A DNA stretch of 32,000 nt. Origin: Gemmatimonadota bacterium (GTDB taxonomy: Bacteria; Gemmatimonadota; Gemmatimonadetes; Longimicrobiales; Gaopeijiaceae). This document shows positions 21,328 through 29,541 of the stretch, piece after piece; positions within the stretch are counted from its first letter, which is position 1; every line of letters starts with the position of its first letter. A model generated the notes under the pieces. That model was not told the origin of the DNA. It searched no databases and was given only the letters and a program-made list of their open reading frames with translations. The translations under genes were made by a program, and so were the position numbers. The stretch covers positions 89,230 through 121,229 of the forward strand of contig JBBDRI010000032.1 in NCBI GenBank assembly GCA_040905545.1, read 5' to 3'.

Positions 21328-23550
21328 TCAGATTCCGGGGGAAAGGTTCCCCTCCTCCCGGATGGCCCGGATCCCATCGCCCTCCAATACCCGTGCTGCA
21401 GCCACCTCATCCTCGTCCGTCAACAGCACCCCGAAAACCGTGTAGTCCGGGTCCAGGCGGATATTGTCCACCAGATTCACGAAGATCTGACCGTCGCCGG
21501 TGTCCCGCCCCCGGGTGGACAGCCCCACCGTGCCCCGCCAGTGGGGGTGGTAGATCTCGTCCCGGGTGAAGGGGCCGTCGCCCATGTATTCGTTGGCCGC
21601 TGGGCTTCCGCCCTGGATGACGAAGTTGGGGACGACCCTGTGAAAGGTGAGGCCCTGGAAATGGCCTTCCCGAACCAGCCGGGCAAACCTTGCGGCGTTG
21701 GTGGGAGCCTCCCAGGGGAGGAGACGGAGGCGGAACACCAACCCGCTCTCCATCTCCACCGTCCACACCACCTGGGCCAGAGCATGCAACTCCCGGGGCT
21801 CGGGTACCGGAATGCCCTCGAGCCGGCGAGGAGATGGTGTTCGAACCTCCCCCGTCCAGGCTTCCAGCGCCTGCGCCGCCGTCTCGGCCACCGCCGGATC
21901 GAAGTCGGAGAGGAGGGGCTCCACCCCAGAGATCACGTCAGGCGCCATATCTGGTGCCCACCGGGCCGCCTCCAGGAGGCGTGCCAGGAGGGCCAGCCGG
22001 GGATCGCGGAACGTTTCCCGTTGGGTGGCGGAAAGGCGGTCCAGAGCATCCAGGTACGCAGGCACCACCTCGGGCCGTTGAGTGCCCGTGAGACCTCGAG
22101 CAGCTGTGAGGAGCAACTGGGGATCATCTGCCGAGAGAGCCTCAACCGCCTCCTCCTCCCCCCATCCTCCTGCCAGCAGCCCCTGAAGAGCGGCCGTTCG
22201 GACGTTGGGATGGGGGTCATCCACCGCCAGAAGCTGGAGAGAGGGGAGGTCTTCCAGACGAGCCGCCGCCTGGACTCCCCAGGATCGGACGAACGGGCTT
22301 TCGGCTTCCAGGAAGCGGGGCAGTGCCTGGCGGGCTATGGAAGGCTCCAGGGTTGCCAGAGAGAGGAGAGCCCGGGCGGGGGCATGCCAGTCTTCCGTAT
22401 CCGGCCCCTGGGCCAGGACCTTCCCAAGGAGTGCCACCACCGGGCCCCCTGGCTGACACCGCTCCAGCGCCGAAATGGCCTCCAACGCCACATGTGGCGA
22501 GTCATCCTGCGCGGCCCGAACCAGTGGTTCACATCCGGCCGGGGTCCAGGTGGGATCCCACCGGCGTACCCCCACCAGCCGGACCGTGGGGTGGGGATCG
22601 CCCATGGCCTGCAGCACCAGCTCCGGCATCTCGGACGTACCCAGAGCGCCCTCTCTGCGGACCCACGGGTCGGGATCTTCCAGACCCTTCACCAGGTCGG
22701 CGGGCTCCACCTGCCGGGAGGCCACCAGAGCGGCCAAGGCCAATCGGCGAGCGCGGGCCAACTCCAACACGCTCTCCTCTGTCTTCTCGGCCCCCGCCTC
22801 CGCCCACTCCCTCAAGTGCTCCAGCACGTCGGGAGGAAGTTGACCCTGGACCTCCGGGCGCCGGGCCAGGAGGAAGAACCCGCGGAGTGCGTGCAGGGCA
22901 GGTTGAACGGCGTCGAACGAGTGGGGCGAAGCCGGAGGAGCGAGGGCCACCATGGCCATCATCCGGGGGACGATGGCCTCCCGGGCGGCTCCTCCACCTC
23001 CCTGGGCAGCGCCAGATAACGCGGCCGCGGCCGAGTCCGGAGGGCCCGGATGGAGGCGTCCCAGGGCCAAGACTACCGCACCGCGTACGGCCGGATCCTC
23101 TTCCCGTTCGCCCAGCGAGATGAGGAACTCCGCCATGGCCTGGGTGTCTCGCCCTCGCATGGAGTGCCCCAGTGCCCATACAGCGGCCTTCCGAACCGTG
23201 GGCTCCGGATCATCCAGGAGTCCCTGGAGGAGGGGAGCCAGGCTGTCGCGCTCCAGCCGTCCCACCCCCACCGCCGCTCGGGCTCGAAGTCCGGGATGGT
23301 CAGCCTCCAGTCCCCTTACCAGTGGGTCCAGCCCCTCCCGGGTCTGGGGCCGGGCATCTTCAGCCACCAGCATCTCGTGGAGGAGTGCCGCTTCCTCCGG
23401 GGTCCACGGGAAGGGCTCCGCTCGGTCGCCGCTCCCGCACGCAGTCGCCAGCAGAACCACGCCTGCGCCCCAGACCATCCGCGCTGCGAGGATAGGCGGC
23501 GTGAGCAGGGTCCGGCGATGGCCACTCATGACGAAGCGACAACCACTCAT
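21328..23550 (-). CDS. HEAT-repeat lipoprotein fused to a C-terminal cyclophilin-type peptidyl-prolyl isomerase
   Basis: Lipobox-like LLATACGSG; many HEAT-like units (DPEPTVRKAAVWALG, EDPAVRGAVVLALGRL, DPHPTVRLVGVRRW); C-terminal TNAARFARLVREGHFQGLTFHRVVPNFVIQGGSPAANEY...FVNLVDNIRLDPDYTVFGVL. Start 23550 (or 23529) is preferred over the track start 23634. Confidence 0.88.
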   Translation of the reverse strand: MSGCRFVMSGHRRTLLTPPILAARMVWGAGVVLLATACGSGDRAEPFPWTPEEAALLHEMLVAEDARPQTREGLDPLVRGLEADHPGLRARAAVGVGRLERDSLAPLLQGLLDDPEPTVRKAAVWALGHSMRGRDTQAMAEFLISLGEREEDPAVRGAVVLALGRLHPGPPDSAAAALSGAAQGGGGAAREAIVPRMMAMVALAPPASPHSFDAVQPALHALRGFFLLARRPEVQGQLPPDVLEHLREWAEAGAEKTEESVLELARARRLALAALVASRQVEPADLVKGLEDPDPWVRREGALGTSEMPELVLQAMGDPHPTVRLVGVRRWDPTWTPAGCEPLVRAAQDDSPHVALEAISALERCQPGGPVVALLGKVLAQGPDTEDWHAPARALLSLATLEPSIARQALPRFLEAESPFVRSWGVQAAARLEDLPSLQLLAVDDPHPNVRTAALQGLLAGGWGEEEAVEALSADDPQLLLTAARGLTGTQRPEVVPAYLDALDRLSATQRETFRDPRLALLARLLEAARWAPDMAPDVISGVEPLLSDFDPAVAETAAQALEAWTGEVRTPSPRRLEGIPVPEPRELHALAQVVWTVEMESGLVFRLRLLPWEAPTNAARFARLVREGHFQGLTFHRVVPNFVIQGGSPAANEYMGDGPFTRDEIYHPHWRGTVGLSTRGRDTGDGQIFVNLVDNIRLDPDYTVFGVLLTDEDEVAAARVLEGDGIRAIREEGNLSPGI

Positions 23551-23657
23551 GGAACGTCCTCCACGACTCAGGGGTGGGCGAGAGAGGAACTTGCGTTTCT
23601 GGCCCCATCCCCCGCAATTCCCCGAGGATTCCACTCTTTCCCCAACGGATCTCAGCC

Positions 23658-24980
23658 GTGCCCGATGAACCCACCGCCCCCTCCCCGGATCGGGAGTGGG
23701 GATTCCAGACCCGTGCCATCCACGCCGGTGCCCAACCCGACCCCACCACCGGGGCCAGGGCGGTCCCCATCTACCAATCCACCAGCTTCGTCTTCGAAGA
23801 CAGCCAGGACGCCGCCGACCTCTTCGCGCTGCAGAAGTACGGCACCATCTACAGTCGCATCTCCAACCCTACGGTGGCGGCGTTTGAAGAGAGGGTGGCT
23901 TCCCTGGAAGGCGGCATCGGTGCTGTGGCCACCTCCAGTGGCCAGGCAGCCCAGTTCCTCACCGCCACGGCGCTCTGTCATTCAGGAGATCACCTGGTGG
24001 CCAGCGCCGCCCTCTACGGGGGCACATACACTCAGTTCTCCGTCACCCTGAAGCGCCTGGGTATCGAGGTGACCTTCGTGAAGGGATCCGACCCGGCAGA
24101 CTACGCCCGGGCCATCCGACCGGAAACGAAGTTCCTCTACACGGAGATCATCGGAAATCCGTCCGGCGACATTCCCGACCTGGAGGGGTTGGGAAAGGTG
24201 GCCCGGGAGCACGGCCTGCCCCTGGTGGTGGACTCCACCTTCGCCACCCCCTGGCTCTGCCGTCCCCTGGAGCATGGGGCAGATATCGTGGTGCATTCGG
24301 CCACCAAGTTCATTGGGGGTCACGGCACCTCCATCGGTGGCGTCATCGTGGATTCCGGCCGCTTCCCCTGGGATTCGGGCCGCTTCCCCCAGATGACCGA
24401 GCCCGTGCCCTCCTACAACCGGCTGCGCTTCTGGGAGAACTTCGGGGAGTATGCCTTCTGCACGAAGGTGCGGGTGGAGCAGCTCCGAGAGGTGGGCGCC
24501 TCCATCTCGCCCTTCAACGCCTTCCTTCTGCTGCAGGGGCTGGAAACCCTCCCCTTCCGCATGGAAGCCCACGTGGCCAACGCACAGAAGGTGGCGGAGC
24601 ATTTGAATTCCCACCCACAGGTCACCTGGGTGCGCTATGCCGGACTCCCGGATTCTCCCTTTCGGGAACGGGCTGAGCGGTACCTCCCTCGGGGCCCGGG
24701 GGCCGTCTTCACCTTCGGTGTGAAGGGAGGTCGCGACGCCGGAGCCCGCTTCATCGAGGGGCTCCAGATGATCAGCCATCTGGCCAATGTGGGGGATGCC
24801 AAGACCCTGGTGATCCACCCGGCCTCCACCACCCACCAGCAGCTCTCCGATGAAGAACTGGAGGCGGGGAACGTCTTGCCCGACATGGTGCGGATTTCCG
24901 TGGGGCTGGAAGATGTGGACGACATTCTCTGGGATCTGGATCAGGCGCTGGCGAAAGCCGGCTCGAGAGGTGGGGCATGA
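23658..24980 (+). CDS. metY: O-acetylhomoserine sulfhydrylase / trans-sulfuration PLP enzyme
   Basis: GFQTRAIHAGAQPDPTTGARAVPIYQSTSFVFEDSQDAADLFAL, YSRISNPTVAAFEERVASLEGG, VDSTFATPWLCRPLEHGADIVVHSATKFIGGHGTSIGG (PLP Lys). GTG 23658 is the likely start. Confidence 0.88.
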   Translation: MPDEPTAPSPDREWGFQTRAIHAGAQPDPTTGARAVPIYQSTSFVFEDSQDAADLFALQKYGTIYSRISNPTVAAFEERVASLEGGIGAVATSSGQAAQFLTATALCHSGDHLVASAALYGGTYTQFSVTLKRLGIEVTFVKGSDPADYARAIRPETKFLYTEIIGNPSGDIPDLEGLGKVAREHGLPLVVDSTFATPWLCRPLEHGADIVVHSATKFIGGHGTSIGGVIVDSGRFPWDSGRFPQMTEPVPSYNRLRFWENFGEYAFCTKVRVEQLREVGASISPFNAFLLLQGLETLPFRMEAHVANAQKVAEHLNSHPQVTWVRYAGLPDSPFRERAERYLPRGPGAVFTFGVKGGRDAGARFIEGLQMISHLANVGDAKTLVIHPASTTHQQLSDEELEAGNVLPDMVRISVGLEDVDDILWDLDQALAKAGSRGGA

Positions 24981-25477
24981 CTGCCTCCACACCCGCGCGG
25001 CCCTGGTCTCCACCCTCCGCTGCAGACCGCCTCCGGATTATCCGGGAAAGCCGCTCCGTGGCCCTGGTGGGCGTATCTTCCAAGCCGGAACGTCCCAGCT
25101 ACTTCGTGGCCACCTATCTGCTGAGCCGGGCCACCCACTTCCAGGTCTATCTGGTGAACCCCAGGGAGACGGAGATCCTGGGGCACCCGGTGTACCCCAC
25201 CCTGGCGGACCTTCCGGAGGTGCCGGACATGGTGGATGTGTTCCGGGCGGCGGAGTACTGCCCAGAGGTTGCCCGAGAAGCCGCCGCCGTTGGGGCCCGG
25301 ACCCTCTGGCTCCAACTGGGCGTGGAGAGCCAGGAAGCCTGTCGCATCGCCACCGAGGCCGGCATGCAGGTGGTGATGAACCGATGCCTCAAGATCGAGC
25401 ACGCCCGGTTCCATGGGGGGCTGCATCTGGCGGGGTTTGACACGGGGGTGATCTCATCCAGGCGGAGGGGGCCGTAG
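24977..25477 (+). CDS. CoA-binding domain protein
   Basis: SVALVGVSSKPERPSYFVATYLLSR...VYLVNPRETEILGHPVYPTLADLPEVPDMVDVFRAAEYCPEVAREAAAVGARTLWLQLGVESQEACRIATEAGMQVVMNRCLKIEH. ATGA overlap with the preceding gene. Confidence 0.88.
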   Translation: MTASTPARPWSPPSAADRLRIIRESRSVALVGVSSKPERPSYFVATYLLSRATHFQVYLVNPRETEILGHPVYPTLADLPEVPDMVDVFRAAEYCPEVAREAAAVGARTLWLQLGVESQEACRIATEAGMQVVMNRCLKIEHARFHGGLHLAGFDTGVISSRRRGP

Positions 25478-25630
25478 AAGGAGGCCAGCCGCTGTCCGGA
25501 GTGGCGACTCGTGCCCCTCCGGCTTCCCTGAAATCCTCGCCTTCCGATGGTGCGCGGCGTATTGTGCACGAAGCCAGCAGGGGCGGCCTCTCCGTCGGCC
25601 CCGACAGTCTCCTCATCGCCTCGAGTTCTC

Positions 25631-28171
25631 ATGCACCGGAAACCCGTCTCCGTCTCGCGCCTCCCGGCATCCCGCACAGCCGCCAGTCGAGCCATGATTC
25701 TTGCATTCGGCCTCCTGGCCGTCACGCTTTCGGCCCCTGGGGCCTCGCCCCTGGCCGCGCAGTCCGGCTCCTTCGGGGTGTCGGCAGAGGTGTCGGTGGA
25801 TGAGCTCATCATCGCCGAGCCCAACAACTACTTCCGCCCGGGGCAGGTGCACGTGTACCGTCGGGGCGGCGGCGGATGGGTGGTGGGCCAGGTGCTGGAG
25901 GCCCCCAACGCGGAGCGGGCCGACGGCTTCGGAACTGCGGTGGCCCGGACGGAGAATACCCTCTTCGTTTCCCAGAAGAATGGCCCGGTACATCGCTTCC
26001 AGCGCAGTGGTGACCGGTGGAACCATGTCGGGGTTCTCCCAGGCACCGACGGACTGGGTTTCGACCCGGGTTGCAACCAGTACGGCTACTGCGGCATCGA
26101 CTTCGGCCTGACCCTCGCTGCTTCGGGACCATGGCTCCTGATTGGGGAACCTGGACCTTCGCCCGAGTCGTTGAATCCGGAGGATGAGGCCATGGCCGGC
26201 CGAATCCACCTCTTTTGGCAGAACGCCGCCGGCCAGTGGGCCGCCGCCGGAACCCTGTCACCCAGCGACGGTGTGCCGGGAGACGGTTTCGGGAGCGCCA
26301 TCGCAGTGGACCTTTCCCCGGAAGGAGGGATTGCCCTGGTGGGCGCCCCCCGTTGGCACATCCCAACCCCGGATTCCCCCGGGGAGCCCCTGGGACGGGT
26401 CTACCGCTTCCAACTGGATGGCCAGGCGTGGAGGGAAGCAGGGGCCCTCCCGGCCTCCCCTGGCTCCAACGCAGGGTTTGGATCCGCCCTGGCCCTCTCG
26501 GAAGATCGGCTTGTTGTAGGGAGCCCAGGTGCTGACGATGGGGTGGGTACCGCCGTCCTCTATCGCCGGAGCGGAGCTGATGGCGGATGGAGCCAGGCGT
26601 TCACCATTTCCCCTCCGGACGGGGAGCGGGGCGACCTGTTCGGGAGCGCCGTGGGTCTGGACGGAAACGACATCTGGGTGGGAGCCCCCACGGACCGGGG
26701 GGAGGAAACGGGCCGGGTCTACCGCTTCGATGGGGCTACTGCCCCGGGTGCCACCCCTCCGGCAGGGCCCAGCCAGCGGATCCAGTTCCAAGAGCCGGAG
26801 ACCGTGACCCGCGACCGTCTGGGAGCCCGCATCGTGGCAGGTTCCGGGGTGGCGCTGGTCACCGCCACCGGCATGCACCACCAGGCGGGAGCCGTCTTCG
26901 TGCACCGCCGGAACGGCGATACGTGGCAGGACGAGGGAATGCTGGTGACACCTCCAGATGCCCTCCAGGCCATGGTGGGCTCGGAGGAGATCTGCGGAGA
27001 GGAGGGGCAGGTGGGCGTATTCGATTGCGAAGGAGTGGATCTGCTGGCCTTCGTGTCCACTTCTCTTCTCCGGGACGGTCATTGGGCCCGGGGAGTCCGC
27101 ATGAACGACAACTGGGGGTGGACGGACCCGGAGACCGGAAGGGAATACGCGTTGATCGGTCGAAACGACGGCACCTCCTTCGTGGACGTCACCAACCCTT
27201 CCAACCCCGTGTTGGTGGGCGACCTCCCCAAGACCCCCAACACTCCACCTTCCCAGCTCTGGCGGGACATCAAGACCTACGACAGCCACGCCTTCATCGT
27301 GGCGGACGGGGCGGGGAACCACGGGATGCAGGTGTTCGATCTACGGCGCCTCCGCAGCGTCCAGGACGCCCCGGCCCTGTTCCAGCCCGACGCACACTAT
27401 CCCAATGTGGCCAGCGTCCACAACATCGTCATCAATGAGGACTCGGGATTCGCGTATCTGGTGGGGTCCCGCGGTGGCGGTGAGACCTGTGGCGGGGGGC
27501 TCCATATGGTGGACATCCGTACACCTCTGAGCCCCACCTTCGCAGGCTGCTTCGCCCATGAGGGCACCGGGCGCCAGGGCACCGGTTCCACCCATGATGC
27601 CCAGTGCGTCATCTACCAGGGTCCCGACGAGCGCTACCACGGCCAGGAAATCTGCCTGGGAGCCAACGAGAATCTGCTGAGCATCGCCGATGTCACGGAC
27701 AAGTCGAATCCGGTGCCCCTGGCCACGGCCGCCTACCCCAACCCCGGGTACCTCCATCAGGGATGGCTCACGGAAGATCAGCGCTACTACTTCATGGACG
27801 ACGAAGCCGACGTGATCCAGGGCACGGTGAAGACCACCCGGACCATGATCTGGGACCTTCAGGATCTGGAAGATCCGGTACTGGCCAATGAGTTCATGGG
27901 CTCCATGCCCGCCAGTGCCCACAACCTGTACATCAAAGACGATCTGATGTACCAGGCCAACTATCGGCACGGACTCCACATCCTGGATGTGAGCGACCCA
28001 TTGAACCCCTTGGAACTGGCCCACTTCGATACGGCGCCCTATCTGTCTGGGCCCGGGTTCAGCGCCGCCTGGAGCAACTACCCGTTCTTCGAGAGCGGGA
28101 GCATCGTGGTCACCAGCGTGCAGGAGGGCTTCTTCCTTCTCCGGAAGCAGGATCCGGATTTGGTGTTCTGA
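25631..28171 (+). CDS. Choice-of-anchor B family-like secreted protein (N-terminal FG-GAP-like repeats, C-terminal LVIVD-like beta-propeller)
   Basis: Signal peptide ILAFGLLAVTLSAPGASPLAAQ; repeats such as DGFGSAIAVDLSPEGGIALVGAP, NAGFGSALALSEDRLVVGSPGADD, GDLFGSAVGLDGNDIWVGAP; then EYALIGRNDGTSFVDVTNPSNPVLVGDLP, HNLYIKDDLMYQANYRHGLHILDVSDPLNPLELAHFDT. Confidence 0.8.
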   Translation: MHRKPVSVSRLPASRTAASRAMILAFGLLAVTLSAPGASPLAAQSGSFGVSAEVSVDELIIAEPNNYFRPGQVHVYRRGGGGWVVGQVLEAPNAERADGFGTAVARTENTLFVSQKNGPVHRFQRSGDRWNHVGVLPGTDGLGFDPGCNQYGYCGIDFGLTLAASGPWLLIGEPGPSPESLNPEDEAMAGRIHLFWQNAAGQWAAAGTLSPSDGVPGDGFGSAIAVDLSPEGGIALVGAPRWHIPTPDSPGEPLGRVYRFQLDGQAWREAGALPASPGSNAGFGSALALSEDRLVVGSPGADDGVGTAVLYRRSGADGGWSQAFTISPPDGERGDLFGSAVGLDGNDIWVGAPTDRGEETGRVYRFDGATAPGATPPAGPSQRIQFQEPETVTRDRLGARIVAGSGVALVTATGMHHQAGAVFVHRRNGDTWQDEGMLVTPPDALQAMVGSEEICGEEGQVGVFDCEGVDLLAFVSTSLLRDGHWARGVRMNDNWGWTDPETGREYALIGRNDGTSFVDVTNPSNPVLVGDLPKTPNTPPSQLWRDIKTYDSHAFIVADGAGNHGMQVFDLRRLRSVQDAPALFQPDAHYPNVASVHNIVINEDSGFAYLVGSRGGGETCGGGLHMVDIRTPLSPTFAGCFAHEGTGRQGTGSTHDAQCVIYQGPDERYHGQEICLGANENLLSIADVTDKSNPVPLATAAYPNPGYLHQGWLTEDQRYYFMDDEADVIQGTVKTTRTMIWDLQDLEDPVLANEFMGSMPASAHNLYIKDDLMYQANYRHGLHILDVSDPLNPLELAHFDTAPYLSGPGFSAAWSNYPFFESGSIVVTSVQEGFFLLRKQDPDLVF

Positions 28172-28309
28172 GCTCCGACGGGTGGCTGCCTGTGACAGTC
28201 TTGTGACCTCACATGCCCTGTTCCCCGGCTGCACCGGGGGGAGATCCGTCCGTGTCGTATGTCCCAAACCGACATGGCCTTGCACCTCCCGTGGGGCGAG
28301 ACTGGAGTC

Positions 28310-29287
28310 ATGTCGTCCCCCGGGCCCTCCATTCTGCATGAACTGAGCGTCGCGATTCGAACACGCCACTACAGCCGGCGGACGGAGCAGGCCTACGCCC
28401 ACTGGGTGGAGCGCTTCCTGGGTCACCATAGGGTTCGGTCACCGGAACAGCTTGGTGCCGAAGAAGTCAACGCGTTCTTGAGTCACCTGGCCGTGGAGCG
28501 GAAGGTGGCGGCGCCCACGCAGGCCCAGGCCAGGGCTGCGTTGCTCTTTCTATACCGGCACGTCCTCCGAAGGCCGCTGGATGCTGAGGTCGGTACTGGA
28601 TCCATCGTCCGTGCGCACGTTCCCAAGCGGCTTCCGATGGTCCTCTCGAGGCAGGAGATTCGGGCGCTTCTCGCCTCAATGACGCCCCCGGGCCGTACCG
28701 TGGCCCTCCTCCTCTACGGCGGAGGGCTCCGCCTGAATGAGGCGCTCCACCTTCAGGTTCATGACCTCGAGTCTGAGCGCGGTCAGCTTACCGTACGGGG
28801 AGGGAAAGGGAACCGCGACCGCATCACCCTTTATCCCGCAGCTGCCGTTCCGGCGGTGGAGGAACAGCTCCGACGCACCCGCCTGATGCATGAGCGGGAT
28901 CTAGCTCGGGGCGCCGGGAATGTCCCCCTTCCTGCGGCGTTGGCCCGCAAGTACCCCGGCGCGCCCCGGGAGTGGGGATGGCAGTGGCTTTTCCCGGCTT
29001 CCCGGCTTCACCACAGCCCTCGCACCGGCGCCGGATTCCGGTGGCCGCTTCACCCCTCAGCGGTGCAGCGGGCCGTCAAGGAGGCTGTGAGGGCAAGTGG
29101 AATCTCGAGTCGAGCGTCCTGCCACACCCTCCGGCATTCCTTCGCCACCCATCTCCTGGAGGACGGCTATGACATCCGTACGATCCAGGAGCTTCTGGGA
29201 CACCGCAGCGTGAAGACGACCATGATCTACACACACGTTCTGGACCGGGGAGGACGAGGTGTCCGGAGTCCTCTCGATGGGTTGTGA
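28310..29287 (+). CDS. intI: Integron integrase (tyrosine recombinase, IntI type)
   Basis: TRHYSRRTEQAYAHWVERFLGHH N-terminal core-binding domain; catalytic GGLRLNEAL (Arg), HTLRHSFATHLLEDGYDIRTIQELLGHRSVKTTMIYTHVLDRGGRGVRSPLDGL (H-R-H-Y). The insert RKYPGAPREWGWQWLFPASRLHHSPRTG is the IntI-specific additional domain. ORF opens at 28259; ATG near 28310 is an alternative start. Confidence 0.93.
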   Translation: MSSPGPSILHELSVAIRTRHYSRRTEQAYAHWVERFLGHHRVRSPEQLGAEEVNAFLSHLAVERKVAAPTQAQARAALLFLYRHVLRRPLDAEVGTGSIVRAHVPKRLPMVLSRQEIRALLASMTPPGRTVALLLYGGGLRLNEALHLQVHDLESERGQLTVRGGKGNRDRITLYPAAAVPAVEEQLRRTRLMHERDLARGAGNVPLPAALARKYPGAPREWGWQWLFPASRLHHSPRTGAGFRWPLHPSAVQRAVKEAVRASGISSRASCHTLRHSFATHLLEDGYDIRTIQELLGHRSVKTTMIYTHVLDRGGRGVRSPLDGL

Positions 29288-29500
29288 TGTCGTCTTGCCC
29301 CGTAGCGCTTCCTTCCTGCGCCGGCATGCAGCCCAATGGAGGAATCCTGCCCAAGCGATAGGCGGCGCCCGGGGCAGTACAACACGTCAACGAGGTTCTT
29401 GCGAAGCCGGAAGGGGCCCAACACCTTAGCGAATCAAGGAGGCGCCCGGCCCCGGTCGTTTGAGTGGCATCAGGGGAAAGGATCATCCACCCGAATACGT

Positions 29501-29541
29501 GGCGGTTGAACGGTCGGTGGGCGGCTGAAAGGGCGTTAGAG
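29501..29541 (+). other. Candidate attI recombination site
   Basis: Core-like GCGTTAGAG at 29533-29541, 21 nt before a cassette ORF start. It is preceded by two imperfect direct repeats GGCGGTTGAACGG (29501-29513) and GGCGGCTGAAAGG (29520-29532); the first contains a GTTRRRY match (GTTGAAC). Confidence 0.5.

Noticed and set aside
21541-23019. 492-aa plus-strand ORF opposite the HEAT-cyclophilin gene
   Set aside because: Shadow ORF; repetitive look reflects the HEAT-repeat codons on the other strand.
24355-24399. In-frame near-duplication DSGRFPW-DSGRFPQ in MetY
   Set aside because: Similar sequence (DSG.FPW..GRFP) is normal in the MetY family; probably not a recent tandem duplication.
28223-28239. 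Small CCCCGG-CTGCA-CCGGGG hairpin upstream of intI
   Set aside because: Six-bp stem without U-tract in a GC-rich region; too weak to call a terminator, and no convincing LexA-like box was seen nearby.
26258-28429. Long minus-strand ORFs (26258-27322 and 27341-28429)
   Set aside because: Antisense to repeat-rich choice-of-anchor B coding sequence; no domain motifs.
29416-29541. Possible additional attC (GCCCAAC ... GTTAGAG, about 126 bp) between intI and cassette 1
   Set aside because: The internal arms do not pair convincingly and no extrahelical-base stem can be drawn, so I treat this region as the attI side instead.
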